Source of the DNA: Psilocybe cubensis
Lineage: Eukaryota
Assembly: GCA_017499595.2 (NCBI GenBank)
Contig: CM038998.1
Coordinates: forward strand, 1,116,001-1,180,000
DNA: 64,000 nt
Direction of reading: 5' to 3'
The notes below the pieces were generated by a model that was given only the letters and a program-made list of their open reading frames with translations, searched no databases and was not told where the DNA came from. A program made the position numbers and the translations under genes. Positions 63,694 through 64,000 of the stretch are shown piece after piece. The stretch's first letter is position 1, and each line of letters starts with the position of its first letter.

Positions 63694-64000
63694 ACAACTG
63701 CATTTCTTTCTTGCAACTTTGACTCGTTGTCTGCAGCGCTCAACTAAGAACCCAATGTAACGATTACTACTTTCTTGTGCCATCTGTAGCCTTGTAATGG
63801 GTAATCAATCATCGTCAATGTATTTATAAAAGGTTAACTTCGTGTGATAGTCAGCTGCGACTTAAAATCGAGTAGCGGGGAGTTAAAAGGATGCTCGTAA
63901 CGCGTGCAATATGATGACGTGAAGAGCACAGAATCTATATATATAGTATTAGATTTATATGTAGTTCCAATTTCCAGTCTATAGAGAATCAGTCGTCCGT

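Noticed and set aside
1-64000. CRISPR arrays, rRNA/tRNA genes, prokaryotic operons or a secondary-metabolite cluster
   Set aside because: The sequence is spliceosomal-intron-rich fungal DNA; I saw no repeat-spacer array, tRNA or rRNA signature, or backbone synthase by eye (tRNAscan-SE/Infernal would be decisive for small RNAs)

Overview
Gene-dense, intron-rich eukaryotic DNA with short GT-AG and some GC-AG introns and micro-exons. It is almost certainly from a mushroom-forming basidiomycete (DUF6534 protein, FunK1 kinases, Con-6). About 28 protein-coding loci can be assembled by hand: TRM5, a Ca-binding aspartate/glutamate carrier, a secreted Thr-repeat protein, TRP14-type thioredoxin, MOCS1 (MoaA+MoaC), proteasome beta3, a GT-A-like protein, NIPSNAP, Zn2Cys6 and forkhead factors, UTP13, ADC lyase, DUF6534, an O-methyltransferase, NBR1, RIB7, RIB5 and two Con-6 genes. 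An accessory block at ~39-53 kb holds tandem fungal FunK1 kinase genes and fragments, a PIF1/Helitron-like remnant and a chimeric gene. Most striking: (1) an apparently intact chimeric gene (47388-49575) fusing an exocyst Sec3-like N-terminal PH domain to two ZZ fingers and the C-terminal Atg8-interacting motif copied from the neighbouring NBR1; (2) a MOCS1 locus where MoaA ends in GG-stop and a candidate stop-removing 87-nt intron would fuse it to MoaC through an internal mitochondrial presequence-like linker; (3) two N-lobe-less FunK1 kinase genes with open frames. All family assignments are from motif recognition by eye; no database searches were run.
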